In this document: piece after piece, positions 29,470 through 44,439 of the stretch | Layout of the letters: every line of letters starts with the position of its first letter | Numbering within the stretch: position 1 is the first letter of the stretch | Source: the human T2T-CHM13v2.0 reference genome, Homo sapiens | Direction: 5' to 3' (one strand) | Length of the DNA: 64,000 nt | Assembly (NCBI RefSeq): GCF_009914755.1 | Contig: NC_060931.1 | Translations under genes and position numbers: made by a program | The notes under the pieces: model-generated | What the model was told of the DNA's origin: nothing | Databases searched by the model: none | What the model saw: only the letters and a program-made list of their open reading frames with translations

Positions 29470-31740
29470 CATTATTTTTGTAAATATTTTAAATTTTAAT
29501 ATGATAAAAATCCCTTGAAGTGTACAGTTCTATGAGTTTGGACAAATTCATAGACTGGTATAACAATCACCCCAATCAGGAGACCAGATGATCCCCTCTC
29601 TCCAAAAATTTCTTCCAAGTGGTCCCTTTTAATCAAATCCTCCCCCACCTGTAAGTCTTAGTAACCACTGATCCACTGATATTACTTTTATCCCTATAGG
29701 GTTCTTTCCTGCAGAATGCCATATAAATGAAATCCTACAATCTGTAGCATTTTGAGCCTTGTTTCTTTCACTTATGATAATGCATTGATTAGCATAATCC
29801 ATCAGTTTTGTCAAGAGTATCACTAGTTTCTTCCTTTTTGTTGTTGAGTAATATTTCATTTAATGGATGTACCACTGCTTGTTTATCCATCTGCCCAGTG
29901 AGCAATATTTGGGTTGTTTCCAGGTGTTTGCAATTATGAATGGTGCTGCTACAATTTCTTGAATACCCGTTTTTGGTGAACCTAAATTTTCATTTCTCTA
30001 TGGTAAATATGTAGGACAAGGGTATGTTTAAATTTATTTAAAAATGCCAAACTATTTTCCAGAGTGGCATTACTATATTGTGTTTCCACCACTAATGTAT
30101 GAGAGGTCTTTGCCAGTACTCGATATTGTCAGTTTTGTTTTTGTATTAACCATTTTAAGAGATACATAAAAGTATCTCAGTGTGACTTTAATTCACATTT
30201 CCATAGTGATTAATAATGTTGAGCATCTTTTTGTGTGCTTACTTACTATCCATATGTCTTCCTTGGTAAAGTGTCTAAGTCTTTTGTCCATTGTTTTAGA
30301 GTTTGTTTTCTTGCTGAATTTTCAAAGTTCCTTATATAGTCTAGGTATTCTTTTGTCAGAAGAACGATTTGCAGATATTTTCTCCCAGTCTTTAGCTTGC
30401 GTTTTGTTTTCTTCACAGTGTCTTTTATGGAGCAAAGGTTTTTAATTTTGTGAATTCCAATTTAGCATTTTTTAAATGTATTAGACTTTAGATGTCATGT
30501 CTAAAAACTCTTTGCAAAACTCAGGATTTTGAAGATGTTCTCTTACATTTTCTTCCAACAGTTTTTAAATGTTATATTGTATCCTTAGATCTACGCACTA
30601 TTTTAAGTTAATTTTTGTATATAGTAAAAAGTATAGATTAATTTTTTATATGTATATTCAGTTGTTTTATCACCATTTGTTGAAAAACCTATGCTTCCTC
30701 CATTGAATTATCTTCGCACCTTTGTCAAAAAATAAATTGGACACATTTGTATAGGTCTACTTCTAGACTCAATTCTGTGTCTATCATTTTGCAAATGCCA
30801 CACTATCTTGATCACTGTGACTTTATCATAAGTCTTAAGTTAGGCAGTATGAATCTCCCAGCTTCATTTTTCTTTTTCAAATTATTTTGTCTATTCTAGT
30901 TTCTTTGACTTTCCATACAAATTTTAGAATCATTTTGTCAATAAATAAAGAGAATTCTGCTGGGATTTTTATTGGGATTGTAATAAAGTTATCAATTTGG
31001 GGAGAATTAACATTTTAACAATGTTTGGTCTTCTATTGCATGAGTACAATATATTTCTCATGTAGTTCTTCGAGTTTATTCAACGGTATTCCAACATGCA
31101 GATTCTGTAAGTATTCTGTGATATTTATACCTAAGTATTTTATTTTTGGAGTTATTATAAATGGTACTTTTTATTTCAACCTCCAATTTTTCATTAATAG
31201 TATATAGAAATGTGATTTATTTTTTAATATTGATCTTGTAGCCTGTGACTTTGTTGAATTCACTTATTAGCTCTAGGAGATTTTTTTTCTTTGGTGCGTT
31301 ACTTGAACTTTCCATGTAGAAAACCATATTGTCTGCAAATAGTGACAGTTATATTACTTCCTTTCTTATCTGTATATCTTCTATTTCTTTTCCTTGCCTT
31401 ATTGAACTGACTAGGACTTCTTGTATTCTCTTAAATAGGAGTGATGAAAATCTTATTCTAATCTTGAAACTTGTTCCAATCTTAAAGCAAAAATGTTCAA
31501 TCTTCACCATTGTATATGATTTAGCTGTAAGTTTAATAGGTGCCTTTTATCACATTAAGAAAGTTCCCTTCTGTTCCTAGTTTTTCAAAAGTTTTCAACA
31601 TAAGTGCATATTGAATTTGTCAAATGATTTTTCTGCATCTATTGATATGATCATGTGGTTTTTTTCAGTGTAGCCCACATTGACTAATTTTTGAATGTTG
31701 AACAAACCTTGCATTCTTGGAATAAACCCCATTTGCTCAT
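29470..31740 (-). mobile_element. Ancient L1M (L1MC/MD/ME-type) 3' region and ORF2 remnant
   Basis: T-rich with L1 3' motifs (ggatgtaccac...tttgggttgtttccag; caccatttgttgaaaa; ctgggattttt attgggattg; gttgaacaaaccttgcatt). Confidence 0.8.
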
Positions 31741-32119
31741 GCTCACCTCTTTCTAATCTCCTTCCAGTCATACTCCCAAAGCCCCTTTGAGAAATACTGA
31801 CCTATTCCAACTCCTTTCTTTTACAGACAGTGACCTGAAAGGGTAATGATTTGCCCAGGGTCAAGTAGTTAGTAGCACAGCTGTATTAGAATCCAGAATC
31901 CTGACATTGTCCTACAAGATCAGATAAGAAGAGGTATTGAGAGAAAACAGATCTTTGAGATCTTGTCTTTGGAGAGAAGTCTGCTCAGAAATTTAAGGAG
32001 CAGTATAGTGTAGTCTATAAGAGCAGGAAATCTAGAGCCAGATTACCTGGTCTCAAATCCTGGCTGTGAGACTTTGATCAAGTTATTAAGTCCCTTAAGT
32101 TTTGGTTTCCTCACGAATA

Positions 32120-33050
32120 AACTCTGGGTATACTTAATCATCCAATGGCCACCTAACACTCAGCACATCAAAACTAAATGCTCTATTTTTCCTCACCCTC
32201 AAACCTGTTCCTCTTCCTCTGCTCCAAATTTCATTAAATGCCAATTTCTTCTCCCCAGGCACCCAAGCCAAATATCTTTTTCCCTCCATCTTCCTCACCC
32301 CACATTTGATTAATATCAAGTCCTAGCAAGTCTACATCCTAAAAGTCACTTGAATCAAATCATTTGTTATCCATTTCCATGGTGTCTCCTCTAGTGTAAG
32401 ATTATCCTTTTGTTTTTGTTTTCTGCCAAATGACTCTAAGTTTACTAACTTACTTTTTTGCCACCAATCTTGCCCCCTCCCAGCCTTTATGTGCACGGTA
32501 GCAGTGTGTAATCTTTCTAAGCTCTATATCTGACCATGACACTATGATCTCTGATCCCAAGTTTCAGCTCCTCACATGTGACTTTCATGAGCAGCCCCAA
32601 CTTTCCTCCCAAGCTTGTGTCTCATTATTCTCATGTTTGCACTCTCTGTTCCTACCACATTGAAAAGTTTTCAGTCCTTTAAAAATGCCACACTATTTCT
32701 ACCTTCTAGATGTTTCTTCATGCTCACTCCTCTTCTGAGAATACTCTTGCCCTTTGTATGGCCAACTCATCCTTTTAGCTCTATTTTGATATCCATTCAT
32801 CCAGGAAGCCTTTTGTAATACACACCTTGTCCTTCTGCCCCAGTAAGAGCTGGACATCATCCCAACATGCTTTTACAGCACCCTATACTTCTCTCATCAC
32901 TGCCTCATTACATTACATAACTGTCGATTTGTCTACACTTCACCACTAGTCTGAAGCTCCACAAGGTCGGGGACCATGTCCCACCTCCTCACTGTTGTAT
33001 CTCAGGTGCCCAGCACATCTGAGCACATAATGGTTGCCTAACAAATGTTA
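32120..33050 (+). mobile_element. L2 LINE remnant
   Basis: Pyrimidine-rich L2-like body ending actagtctgaagctcc...gggaccatgtc...gtgcccagcaca...aacaaatgtt. Confidence 0.6.
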
Positions 33051-34696
33051 GTTATTATCATCATGATTATCATCACCATCATTGTAATTGAATACATTCA
33101 TGGTTTACATAAAATGCTAAGCATGATATCTAGTTGACAGCAATAAATAGTTTTTATTATTTAATATTCTTCCTCATTTTCTTCATCAAAATTTATATTT
33201 CTGAGCATGTAATCAAACTCAAAGTGAAATGCAGCTACTTCTCTTTGATAACTTATCATCATAACATAACAAGTAAAAAAAGCAAAAATATAATATATTT
33301 ACCATCCACATGTATACATGAACTTCTGAATGATATTTTCTTCCCAGATTATCTGATGCTTACCTTGAGGAGAAAAAAAAAAGTGAAGGGAAGTTACTCT
33401 TGTACTCAGTTGACTCAGTATAGTAAAGGTCAAAGATTACCATATGTATTTAAAAATTTCTTTCTGTGAGCAAATCATTTAACTTCAACCACACCTTAAC
33501 AATCTCAAGAACAGATACATTCTTAGCTGATGAATAGCTTGCAATAGGGATCCTTATCTTTTCTAATTCTCTAACTTACATTTGAACACAGCATTAAATG
33601 GCAAAGGTCTCATTTTAAGACTAGCTCTCTCTTCTTTAGAAAAGCAAGTTAATTATAATTGAGTTTTAAGATAATGCAAGATCACACTAAGTGACTTTTG
33701 ATTTAAAATCTTAACTTTCTGAGACAGAAAAAATCAGCTAAATTGTTTAGCAAAATCTTACTTTCTTTAGACTAGTTCTAGAAATATACTTTAGACAAAT
33801 AATTTTCTTTCTTTGGGGGATTAAAACCTGGAAGGAGATATTAATTTTCCTTCTGTTTAGGTAGATCTAAGGAGGGATTGTAGATTTTGGGTTCACAGTG
33901 AACTCCATAGGTCAGCAAACTAAATGACAAAAATAAGTTATAAGGAGCACTATTTCTATACAAAATGTATTTATTTTATTTTGTAAGAAAAGAATAACGT
34001 GTTGAATATTAAGGAAATTTTTATTTTACTTGATTCCAAGAAGCAAGATTATGCAGATGTGGGGTCTTGTTCTTCCACACCTGGCATCCTAAATGGTTAA
34101 AATATTTTTATTGTAAAATCATAACTTCTATATTTCAAGACTCCCAGGAAACATTACTTATTAAATCCATAATATTTATAGGAATGCCCCTAAATTAACA
34201 AACTGTAAGAAAAATCTGAATGTACAAAACAGATCACTTAGGGACAGAAATTATTTTTTATTACCAAAACACTCTTTAACTCAAAAAAGATTCACCAAAA
34301 ATAGTCTTAGATTTGGAATTATCATAGCGTTTACAGGTGCAGAGGATAAATGATGGAAAAGGCTCCAAAATGAGGATAATGAGGCCCCAAATTGTAGATC
34401 AATGTATAAGTAAACAAAAATGCTTTACCATTATAATGTAAGCTAATGGGAAAATATGATTTGCTTTGTCAAACATTGATTTATATAGGAAATGGTATAA
34501 AATCTAATGAAAGGAATTACATAATTCTTTATATAGCAGATTATGTGTCTAGAAGATTTTGCCCTCTCCAAAAAACAAAATTTAGTCAGGACAGAATATA
34601 ACAGATATGAAATGACTTTAGCTAAGTTGGAACACAGAAATATCACAAAGTTAATTAAGCTAAGAGCTTATTTTCATCTTTTATCATTAAAGTGTT

Positions 34697-35000
34697 GGCC
34701 TGTCGTTGGTGGCTCACGCCTGTGATCCCAGCACTCTGGGAGGCTGGGGCAGATGGATCACCTGAGGTCAGGAGTTCGAGACCAGCCTGACCAACATGGT
34801 GAAACCCCGTCTATGCTAAAAACGCAAAAACTAGATGGGCGTGGTGGCGGGCGCCTTTAATCCCAGCTACTCCGGAGGCTGAGGCAGGAGAATCGCCTGA
34901 ACTCAGGAGGCGGAGGTTGCAATGAGCTGAGATCCGCCATCGTACTCCAGCCTGGGCCACAAGAGCAAAACTCCGTCTCGGGGGAGGGAGAAAAAAAAAA
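34697..35000 (+). mobile_element. Alu (AluSq/Sp-like)
   Basis: Dimer with acaagagcaaaactccgtctc; G-rich segment before the A tail. Confidence 0.92.
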
Positions 35001-35833
35001 TGGTGTTGAATGGCTTATACAAATTGCAAAAAGAATAAAATCAATATTTAGGCACCAAGGGCAAAAATTATCATAGTAAGCTATTTAATAAATACTTTCT
35101 GATATCTTTTGCTTGAATATTACTGAAAGGGAAAATAAAAGGCTATAACCACCAGGACAGGCAAACAGGGAGAGGCCAGGGGTAGCTGCTTGACATGGAG
35201 GGAGTTTTCAATGATCTCTAAAACCAATTCTAGGATAAATCCAAAAAATACGATGTCAATTAACTCAGACTGTCACACACAATTCCTCATACAGCTGATA
35301 AAATAAAACTTAGCTCTATATCTTTGAGTTACATAAAAAAATTTCTCTTTGGTGCTGATCTTTCTCTTTTTTAAAAAATGTCGAGCATATTAAAGACTAT
35401 AATTTCACAGGATATCAAACTATTCATCTACTTTGAGTACCAAATTATTATCGAACTCAGCGCACCCACATATCTTGGTGTTGCTTAAGGATAGGGACCT
35501 TGTCTTTTTTGTGAAGTGCCTAAACCATAATAGGGGCTCAATGATATTCACTGAATGCATGAATTAACAGATTATCAATACCTAAGATGTCTAAGGATGA
35601 CGTGGAGAAAAACTAACATATTCTTCAGCCAAACAGTACTGGATGAGACTATTGCCAAATCCAATAAGATGTGTATTATATTGTTTTAGAAATTTTGCAT
35701 GGTCTACAGCATATTAGAAGTCTTCTGAATGTCAAGAGGACCTGGGAAAATCCCAAGATTATCCCAAGTAGTCCAGGTAGAAGCATAGAATCTAGAATTT
35801 TTTCACCTGAAATGGACTCTAAAGAATAATTTG

Positions 35834-35863
35834 GCATAAAGAAAATGTAGCATGTGTGTATAT

Positions 35864-35899
<36 letters not shown>

Positions 35900-36260
35900 A
35901 CCATGGAATACTACTCAGCCATGAGAAAGAAAAAATAATGTCTTTTGCAACAACTTGGATGGAACTGGAGGCCATAATCCTAAGTGAAATAACTAAGGAC
36001 TGGAAAACCAAATACCTCATGTTCTCACTTATAAGTGGGAGCTAAGCTATGGGTATGCAAAGGCAGACAGAGTGATAGATACACTGAAGACTCAGAAGTG
36101 GGGAGGATGAGAGGGAGTTAGGGATTTAAAAAAAATCACCTGTTGGGTATACTACATACTGTTTGGGTGATGAGTACACTAAAAGCCCAAACTTCACCAC
36201 TATATAACTTATCCATCTAATAAAAAACCACTTGTGCCCCTAAAGCTATTGAAATAAAAA
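35834..36260 (+). mobile_element. 5'-truncated L1PB/L1MA 3' end containing a (TG)n tract at 35866-35897
   Basis: caccatggaatactactcagccat...tggatggaactggaggccat...catgttctcacttataagtgggagctaa...tgaaataaaaa. Confidence 0.85.
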
Positions 36261-37215
36261 TATTTTTTTAAAATTATACTCTATCCAACCTCAACCTTTA
36301 CAGATAAGAATATCCAGGCCTACTTGAGTCATTTGCCTAGTAACAGTTAATTAACATCATAGATGAAAATGATACCGTTTCCCAGTCAAGGGTTCTTTAG
36401 ACAACACATGCTGCTTTTTATAAAATAATGGAATTATGAAGATGATCAAATAAGAAATGACAACTTTGTATTATTTTTTATTGCTTCTTCATAGTTGATT
36501 TCTATCCCAGATTCAAGACATGTTGATACTGTGGAGTTGGGCAAACATGGAGAATAGGAAGATGCCAGAAAGCTGCTGGAACTGCTACAACAAGATTACA
36601 TGAAACTAACAAGTGTCTTGTTCCACCCTCACATGGTAGCAGGGAAGGGAGTAGGTTTGGGAGGATTCATGTTTGGCCTCCCTAGCAAAGGTAGCATTAG
36701 TCTTTCAGAGGGTCTGACTCAGTCAGTTTGAGTTGGTGTTTAATGGTATTGCTAAGTTGCTTAAAGGTACGTGACCGAGGAGATTTGGACAGGACATGAT
36801 GTTCAAAAGTCCATTTATTAACTAGATAACAAACTCTTAGACAGATTTCTGGAGTGAAAATGTTGCTTGGAATGTAGTCGTATTCCAAGTAAATATTTTG
36901 CAGTAACATTCACAAACTATTCTAGCCTACATACTCCCACTCTTCCAAGAATTAGTTAAGTAACATTTTCATGTTGATGCAATCAAATTATTACTGTTCA
37001 AAAATATTGCTAGTGAAGAAAAGATCAATTATAGGAACTTTAAGCTCTAATGAAGAAAAATGCACTTGATATTGAATGATAATAGCTTTCTCCAGGTATC
37101 ATTTATCACTGAATAATATAGAATTAAGTTTTCAGGGCCTCAGTGAATTAGATAAGGCATTGCACAAATACACACACATATATGTATACACACTCATACT
37201 ATACATATAAACATA

Positions 37216-38176
<961 letters not shown>

Positions 38177-40997
38177 AACACAAGTACTATATGTATACAT
38201 ATATGCATATATGCATTCATGTGGCATTTCTCTGATGACCAAATAAGTTTGGGCCAGTGTTGTTGGCAGTTGTGACTGTTTGCAGCCACAGTGTCATTTC
38301 TAAAACGTAACAAGAGCACGTTATCCCTACCTAACAGGTTGAACATTTAGATACCCCTGCATGCTTTGGGTGGTTAGACAGCTGTAAAGTGTCCATTCTT
38401 CTTACTTGCAGATTCTTAGAACTGCACCTTTTCTTGAGCCCCTCAAAGCCCCTATTTCTTTTCGATATGGTTGAAATGAGAAAATGCTAAGCTTCATTTT
38501 CTAAAGTAGAAGGAAATAAAAAACTCCAAACCTCCTCTACCTTTCTGGCGTCGGGAAGAATGTGAGCCTACAGTCCTGCCCTTCTCAGCAGCTGGCGGTG
38601 GCTTTCCGTGTCACTTGGCGTGAATCCATGGGAAGAGGGAGGGGCATGTAGACTTTAGATTGACTTATTGCCTAGCTCTGCTGATTTTCTGCGTGATCTT
38701 CATCTGTAAAATGAGAATAATAATGCTTACCTCACAGTGTTGTGCAAAGTAAAAAGGTTTATTAAGCGCTTTGTATTTCATTCTGATTATCATTAATAAG
38801 GACAATAATAATCATACACATCCTCATATCAAATTCATCCCCAAAAGGGATTCAAGGGCAATCTAAAAAAAATAAACACCTCCCACAGTTACACTAGATG
38901 CTGGTATGTTGATTTGAAAATACAGCCTGGCTGCCTTCTCTGTAGACCCTTTTTGATGTGCTTGGTCCATTAGCAGGACAAATAGCACTCTCTTCAAGCA
39001 TGGTTGTGTGCTAATCACTCCAGGCTGTCAAAGCCATCAGCAGTTTCAGGAGCACTGATTGCCCACCCTCTGCAGAGCTCTGGTGTTCAAGGTCCACATA
39101 AATTGCTCTATAGAAAAGCTGATCTTAGCTTAAGGTCAAGGGAAGGAGGGCTCGGTGCTTGTCTAGGCCCCTTCTCTCTGTCTTCACTTTTTTTTGCATT
39201 CATATCACTGCCTCCTCGCTATTGATTCCTTATCAGCCATTGCTAAAGCACAAAGAATAGAACATTTTGAGGCTGAGAAGTTGTGATAGGAAGAGGAGGT
39301 TGCCTGAAAAAAGGCAGAAATCAGAACAATATATATAATAGACACATGCTAGCTTATATTAAATATTCCAACATGTGGAGATACATTGAGACAGAGAGCC
39401 AGTCATTTGCTATAAATACTTATCAGAAAATAAAAGAAGATTAAAAGTACTCGAAGTCATACAGTCCTATAGAGAAATAAGAAGGATCCACAAACAAAAT
39501 CAGCAGCAGCGTTGCATGATGATGAACTTGCTATCACTTGAGATGATCAGGAAATGCCAGGTGACAACTTGTCATGTATGCAGCAGTGAGGGTTGGTTCA
39601 TTCCCTCATTGAATCACTCATCAGTCACAGAGCATCTGTGGGGGTAGCAGTCCCCATAGAAGCACTGTGGTCTTTGCTCTTGAGAAGCTCACCTTTGGAA
39701 GGATTATTTAGATGACTTCTGGTATCTTCCATGTCAGGGATTCTATAATTCTGTAGCTCTACATTCAGGACTGACACTTAGTGGGTATGCACTGGTATGA
39801 TTTTATTGGCTGCTAAAATGCTAAGATATTTCCATACTGGTTGGTAAACAGCCAGTGTGAACCCCGCCACATCCCCTTATTCCCCAGGATCCAGCAACTA
39901 GAGAGACAGTATCTGCCCCAAAAGGGGTCTCGAGGACCTGCCTTTATCTTAACATTCAGAGCCCTTCCAGTTAATTGGCTCCTATGTTTACCAACTGCTA
40001 AATAGTTTTAATATCACTGTCTCCACATCCATATCTCTCACACTTGTTAGACTTTGTGAAAGATCCCCACCAATTTAACCCATCTACTTCTGCGCTGTTT
40101 TGGAAAGGAATTCAATGAAAACAATGGAGTGTTTTGTATAAACAAATAGGAATGGGAACAATTGTGCATATATCCAAGTACTCTAACAATAGAGGATTAG
40201 ATGATTCTTACATGAAACACTACACATATGTCTCAAAAATCTACATATAGGCATATGATAGACCCCAAATGTCACTGACAAAAATTTTACTACCTCCCAT
40301 TATTGAGTGAACTACAGCATCTACAACAAACTAAACATTAACATATCAATCAAAAGCAAAAGTTTCAATCAGAAACTACAGTCACCTCAAGATAGAATGA
40401 TGCTCACAAAGAATGCTCGCCCAATTTGCTGGAATCCCAAGGATCAGTGAGGAGTGAAGATGGGAATAGAAACTGGACTGCAGGGAGCCAACAGTTTGCA
40501 AAAAGGCCGGCCAGCCGCCAGGGAGAGGCAGTGTCCATGACAGTCTCATGCTTTCCTTTTCTGCACTTGAAGCCCCATGCAAGCTCCAATCTTCAGTCAT
40601 GTTTACTACATCAGCAGCCATGCTTAGCGATCCCTGGGGACTTAGGAAGGGGCTGGGGAGAGAGATGTTCAGCTGCAAGACCACCGAAGGTAACCAACTG
40701 GAAGCTGGAGCAGCTGAGCAAAGTAAGAGCAGCTGGGAAATAACTGGAAGTGCTTATGAAGATGGTATGAGGTGAGGGCTGGAGCACTTGAGTTGGACTT
40801 GAAAGGCTGGAAAATGTGGGGAAATCTGGGTTGCCCTAAAAATAAGTCCAATTTTATTTATAAACACCAAATTGTAATAAACCTTAATTTATTTAGGAGG
40901 TTACCTGTTGCACATAACTGAAGTCTTACATAACAAAGAAAATCCTTGCAACTACACATTTTCCACAAGTACAAAAACTCAAATCAAGATAAACAAA

Positions 40998-42450
40998 ACC
41001 ATAATTTATCAGATCGCCTATTAATCAACATTTGGGTTGTTTCTAATTTTCTACATTACGAAGATCACTGCAATTGCCATAGTAATATACACTTCTATCT
41101 AGTTTTTGAGACTGTTTTGCCATGTCCTCACCAACAGAAGGAATCATAAGATGTTTTAAAGCTTTTATAACTTACAAATGAAAATAATGATTTTTCTTAT
41201 TTAATTTGCAGTTCTTCAATATTAATACATTTGGACTTGTAGGACATTTTTTGGTTCAAATTCTATGAGTTCCTGATTCATGTTATTTGCCCATGTTTCT
41301 TGTGGGTATATTTATATTACTAAAAACTTGGAAATAACCTATATGTTTAATCAACTTCATACAACTCAAAACTTGATTTTGTTTTTCTTGGTCAGTGGCC
41401 ATCAGAGGACCCTCATGGTCCAGCGGTGCAGTGTGGACCATATTTGGGCTTTATGTGGATGACTAGTTGCCTCCTTCTACTCGCCCCATTATTTTACATG
41501 GTTCCACCCATACTTAAGGGGCCACTGGGATGAGAAACCTTTGGTCCTGAGCACCAGAGCTCTTGCAGAACAGAACAGTACAAGTTCGAGGTCAGCCATA
41601 ACTATAAAACTAGAGCATTTTGTGCTTTCTGATAATATAAGTAAATAGGCTTTGTAGTAGTTTTGGAAAAATATTAAAATTAATGAATAAAGTTTTGAAA
41701 TTACCTATAATTTCATCACCCAAATTTAATCTCCCATTAATATATTTGTGCATTTTCTTCCAGGCATTTTTTCTATGCCTTTTTAAAAAACAAAACCAGC
41801 ATGATATATGACATGTAATTTTATATTCTGTTTTTCTTTCTTTTTTTATTATACTTTAAGTTCCGTAGTACATGTACAGAACATGCAAGTTTGTTACATA
41901 GGTATACACGTGCCATGGTGGTTTGCTGCACCCATCAACCCATCATCTACATTAGGTATTTCTCCTAATGCTATCCCTCCCCTAGCCCCCAACCCCAACA
42001 GGCTCTTTCAGTTATCATATAGTGAATCTTTCCATCATTAAAGATTCTTTGAAAATATAATTTATAATGACTACATAATATTTTATTGTATGAAATTGAT
42101 TAAACATATAGGTTATTTCCAAGTTCTTAGTGGTATAAATATACCCACAAGAAACATGGGCAGATAACATGAATGAGGAGCTCATAGAATTTGAATCATA
42201 AATGTCCTACAAGAGCAACTGTATTAATATTGAAGAACTGCAAATTAAACAAGAAAATCATTATTTTCACTTGTAAGTTACAAAATCTTTAAAACATTTG
42301 ATGATTCCTCATGTTGGTGAGGACATGGAAAAACAGTCTCAAAAACTAGATAGAAGTGTATATTAATATGGCAATTGCAGTATTGTTTCTAATATAGAAA
42401 ATTAGAAACAACCCAAATGTCCATTAATAGGGAACCTGATAAACTATGGT
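40998..42450. repeat. Long inverted repeat: arms 40998-41364 and 42086-42450, 721-bp spacer
   Basis: Manual alignment of the arm 1 reverse complement to arm 2 gave about 36 differences in 367 columns (~90% identity). Confidence 0.95.
41830..42003 (-). mobile_element. Short L1PA (PA7/8-like) 3' end fragment inside the inverted-repeat spacer
   Basis: tttattatactttaagtt...gtgccatggtggtttgctgcacccatcaaccc...aatgctatccctcccctagcccc. Confidence 0.88.
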
Positions 42451-43509
42451 AAACTAATACAAAGGAATATTATGGAGTCTTTAGAAACAATTAGATAGAA
42501 TATCCACATTCTAACATGGAAAGATGTCCAGAATATACTGATATATTATAAAGTTAAAAATTAAAAGGATAATACAGATACTTTGTACTGTACACATATA
42601 CTCCATTTAATATGGGGGACTGATTAGTTCCTGGAAATGTGGCTCTGGCTGAGTAAGCTGCTTATACAAGTTGTTATAGCCCTGCCTTGAAGGAGCTGCA
42701 GTTTTTACATTCTACATGAGCAGTTGCTTTTTCCTGCTCCTTAAATTCCATGAAATCATGGCATGATTTCAGCTACAGCTTATATAATTATAGGTCCATC
42801 CTTCTAGGCTAACGTGTTGTTTATGATGCTCTTCATAATGTCAAAGAATTTCCACAATCACTAATTGTCTGTTAATCTCTATCTTCTGTTTCCCCTACCA
42901 TTTACATTAAAGTACCTTGAATGTTCATAACATTTCCAACATCAGGCACGATTCTCATCTATTTCTTTGGGCCAGGTGCAGCACAATCACCCATAAACCC
43001 TTTGCTAGTCAATAGAAAGGTACACTTTCTGCCAGAATTTAAAAGTAATTAAAGAAAGAGAAGTCACAGGAATGTAAATTACATATCTTATGGAACAATT
43101 CTGATAGACCTATGGAGATTTCACTGGCTGAAAGCAGTTGCAGTAGGGAGCACAAACCCTCATTGGCCAAGAGTGAACAATTGAACCTGCTCTGTTGATC
43201 TCCTTGGCTGAGAGTGTAGAGCAGTACAGAGTTTGGGGGAAATATATCATGGTATACTGAAATGGATTTATATGTATTTAGGAATATATTTGAGAGGCAA
43301 ATAGTGTCATTTTGAATCATTAAGGAAGATTAAATATGTTTCTAAAATCCCATTTTTGGAAAAAACTACTATAAAAATTCTTATAATAATGTCAATATAT
43401 GCAAGGAAAACTATTTGGAGAAAATTATACCAATCAATTAATAATAGCTATATCTTGAATATGATAATATAATTTTGCTTTTTACATTTTATATTGATGC
43501 ACTATTTGA

Positions 43510-43816
<307 letters not shown>

Positions 43817-44439
43817 CTATTTGAATGTTTTATAGTGAGCATGATTACTTCTGAAAGCATACAAAAAAAGAAATAATGATTTTTAAAACATTTTCATAAA
43901 CAACTATACACAAATCATTGTGCCTGTTTCTGATGATTTCGCCGTGACAGACTCCTAAGAGTATGATTTTGTATGCAGAAATATGCAATCTTTAAGTCTC
44001 CTGATATATTGTGCTGTGTAGTTTTTCAGGATGTTGGCCAATTTATGCTTCCATAAGCAGTTATTCACTCATTTCTTTATTCATGAACCCAACAAATATT
44101 AGTTTGTTGTCTGATGTGCCTGCTACTCTGCCTAGAGCTGGAGTTACCATGGTAAGCAATCCAGACATGGTATCTGCCCTCATAGGGTATATACGTATTA
44201 ATCAAATGGATGTGTAATTTTTAAAAACTGTGATAAATGCTATGAAGGAAAGTAAGAGGTGCTATGAGAGCCCACTGATGGAGTAGATGGAGAACAGGAG
44301 TGGAAAGCATCCCAAGGGCACTCCCGGGGTTGGAACACAAGGCACACACACACAGTGGCTTGGGGTGAGAGGCCGATCATATAAACACAGAAAACATGAA
44401 GGAGAAGGTATAGTGAAGTAGAAAGGTACAAAATGGTGT

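Noticed and set aside
40998-42450. Inverted repeat as terminal inverted repeats of a DNA transposon
   Set aside because: Arms are L1M-derived, the right arm is continuous with flanking L1M-like sequence, and there is no outer TSD or transposase remnant
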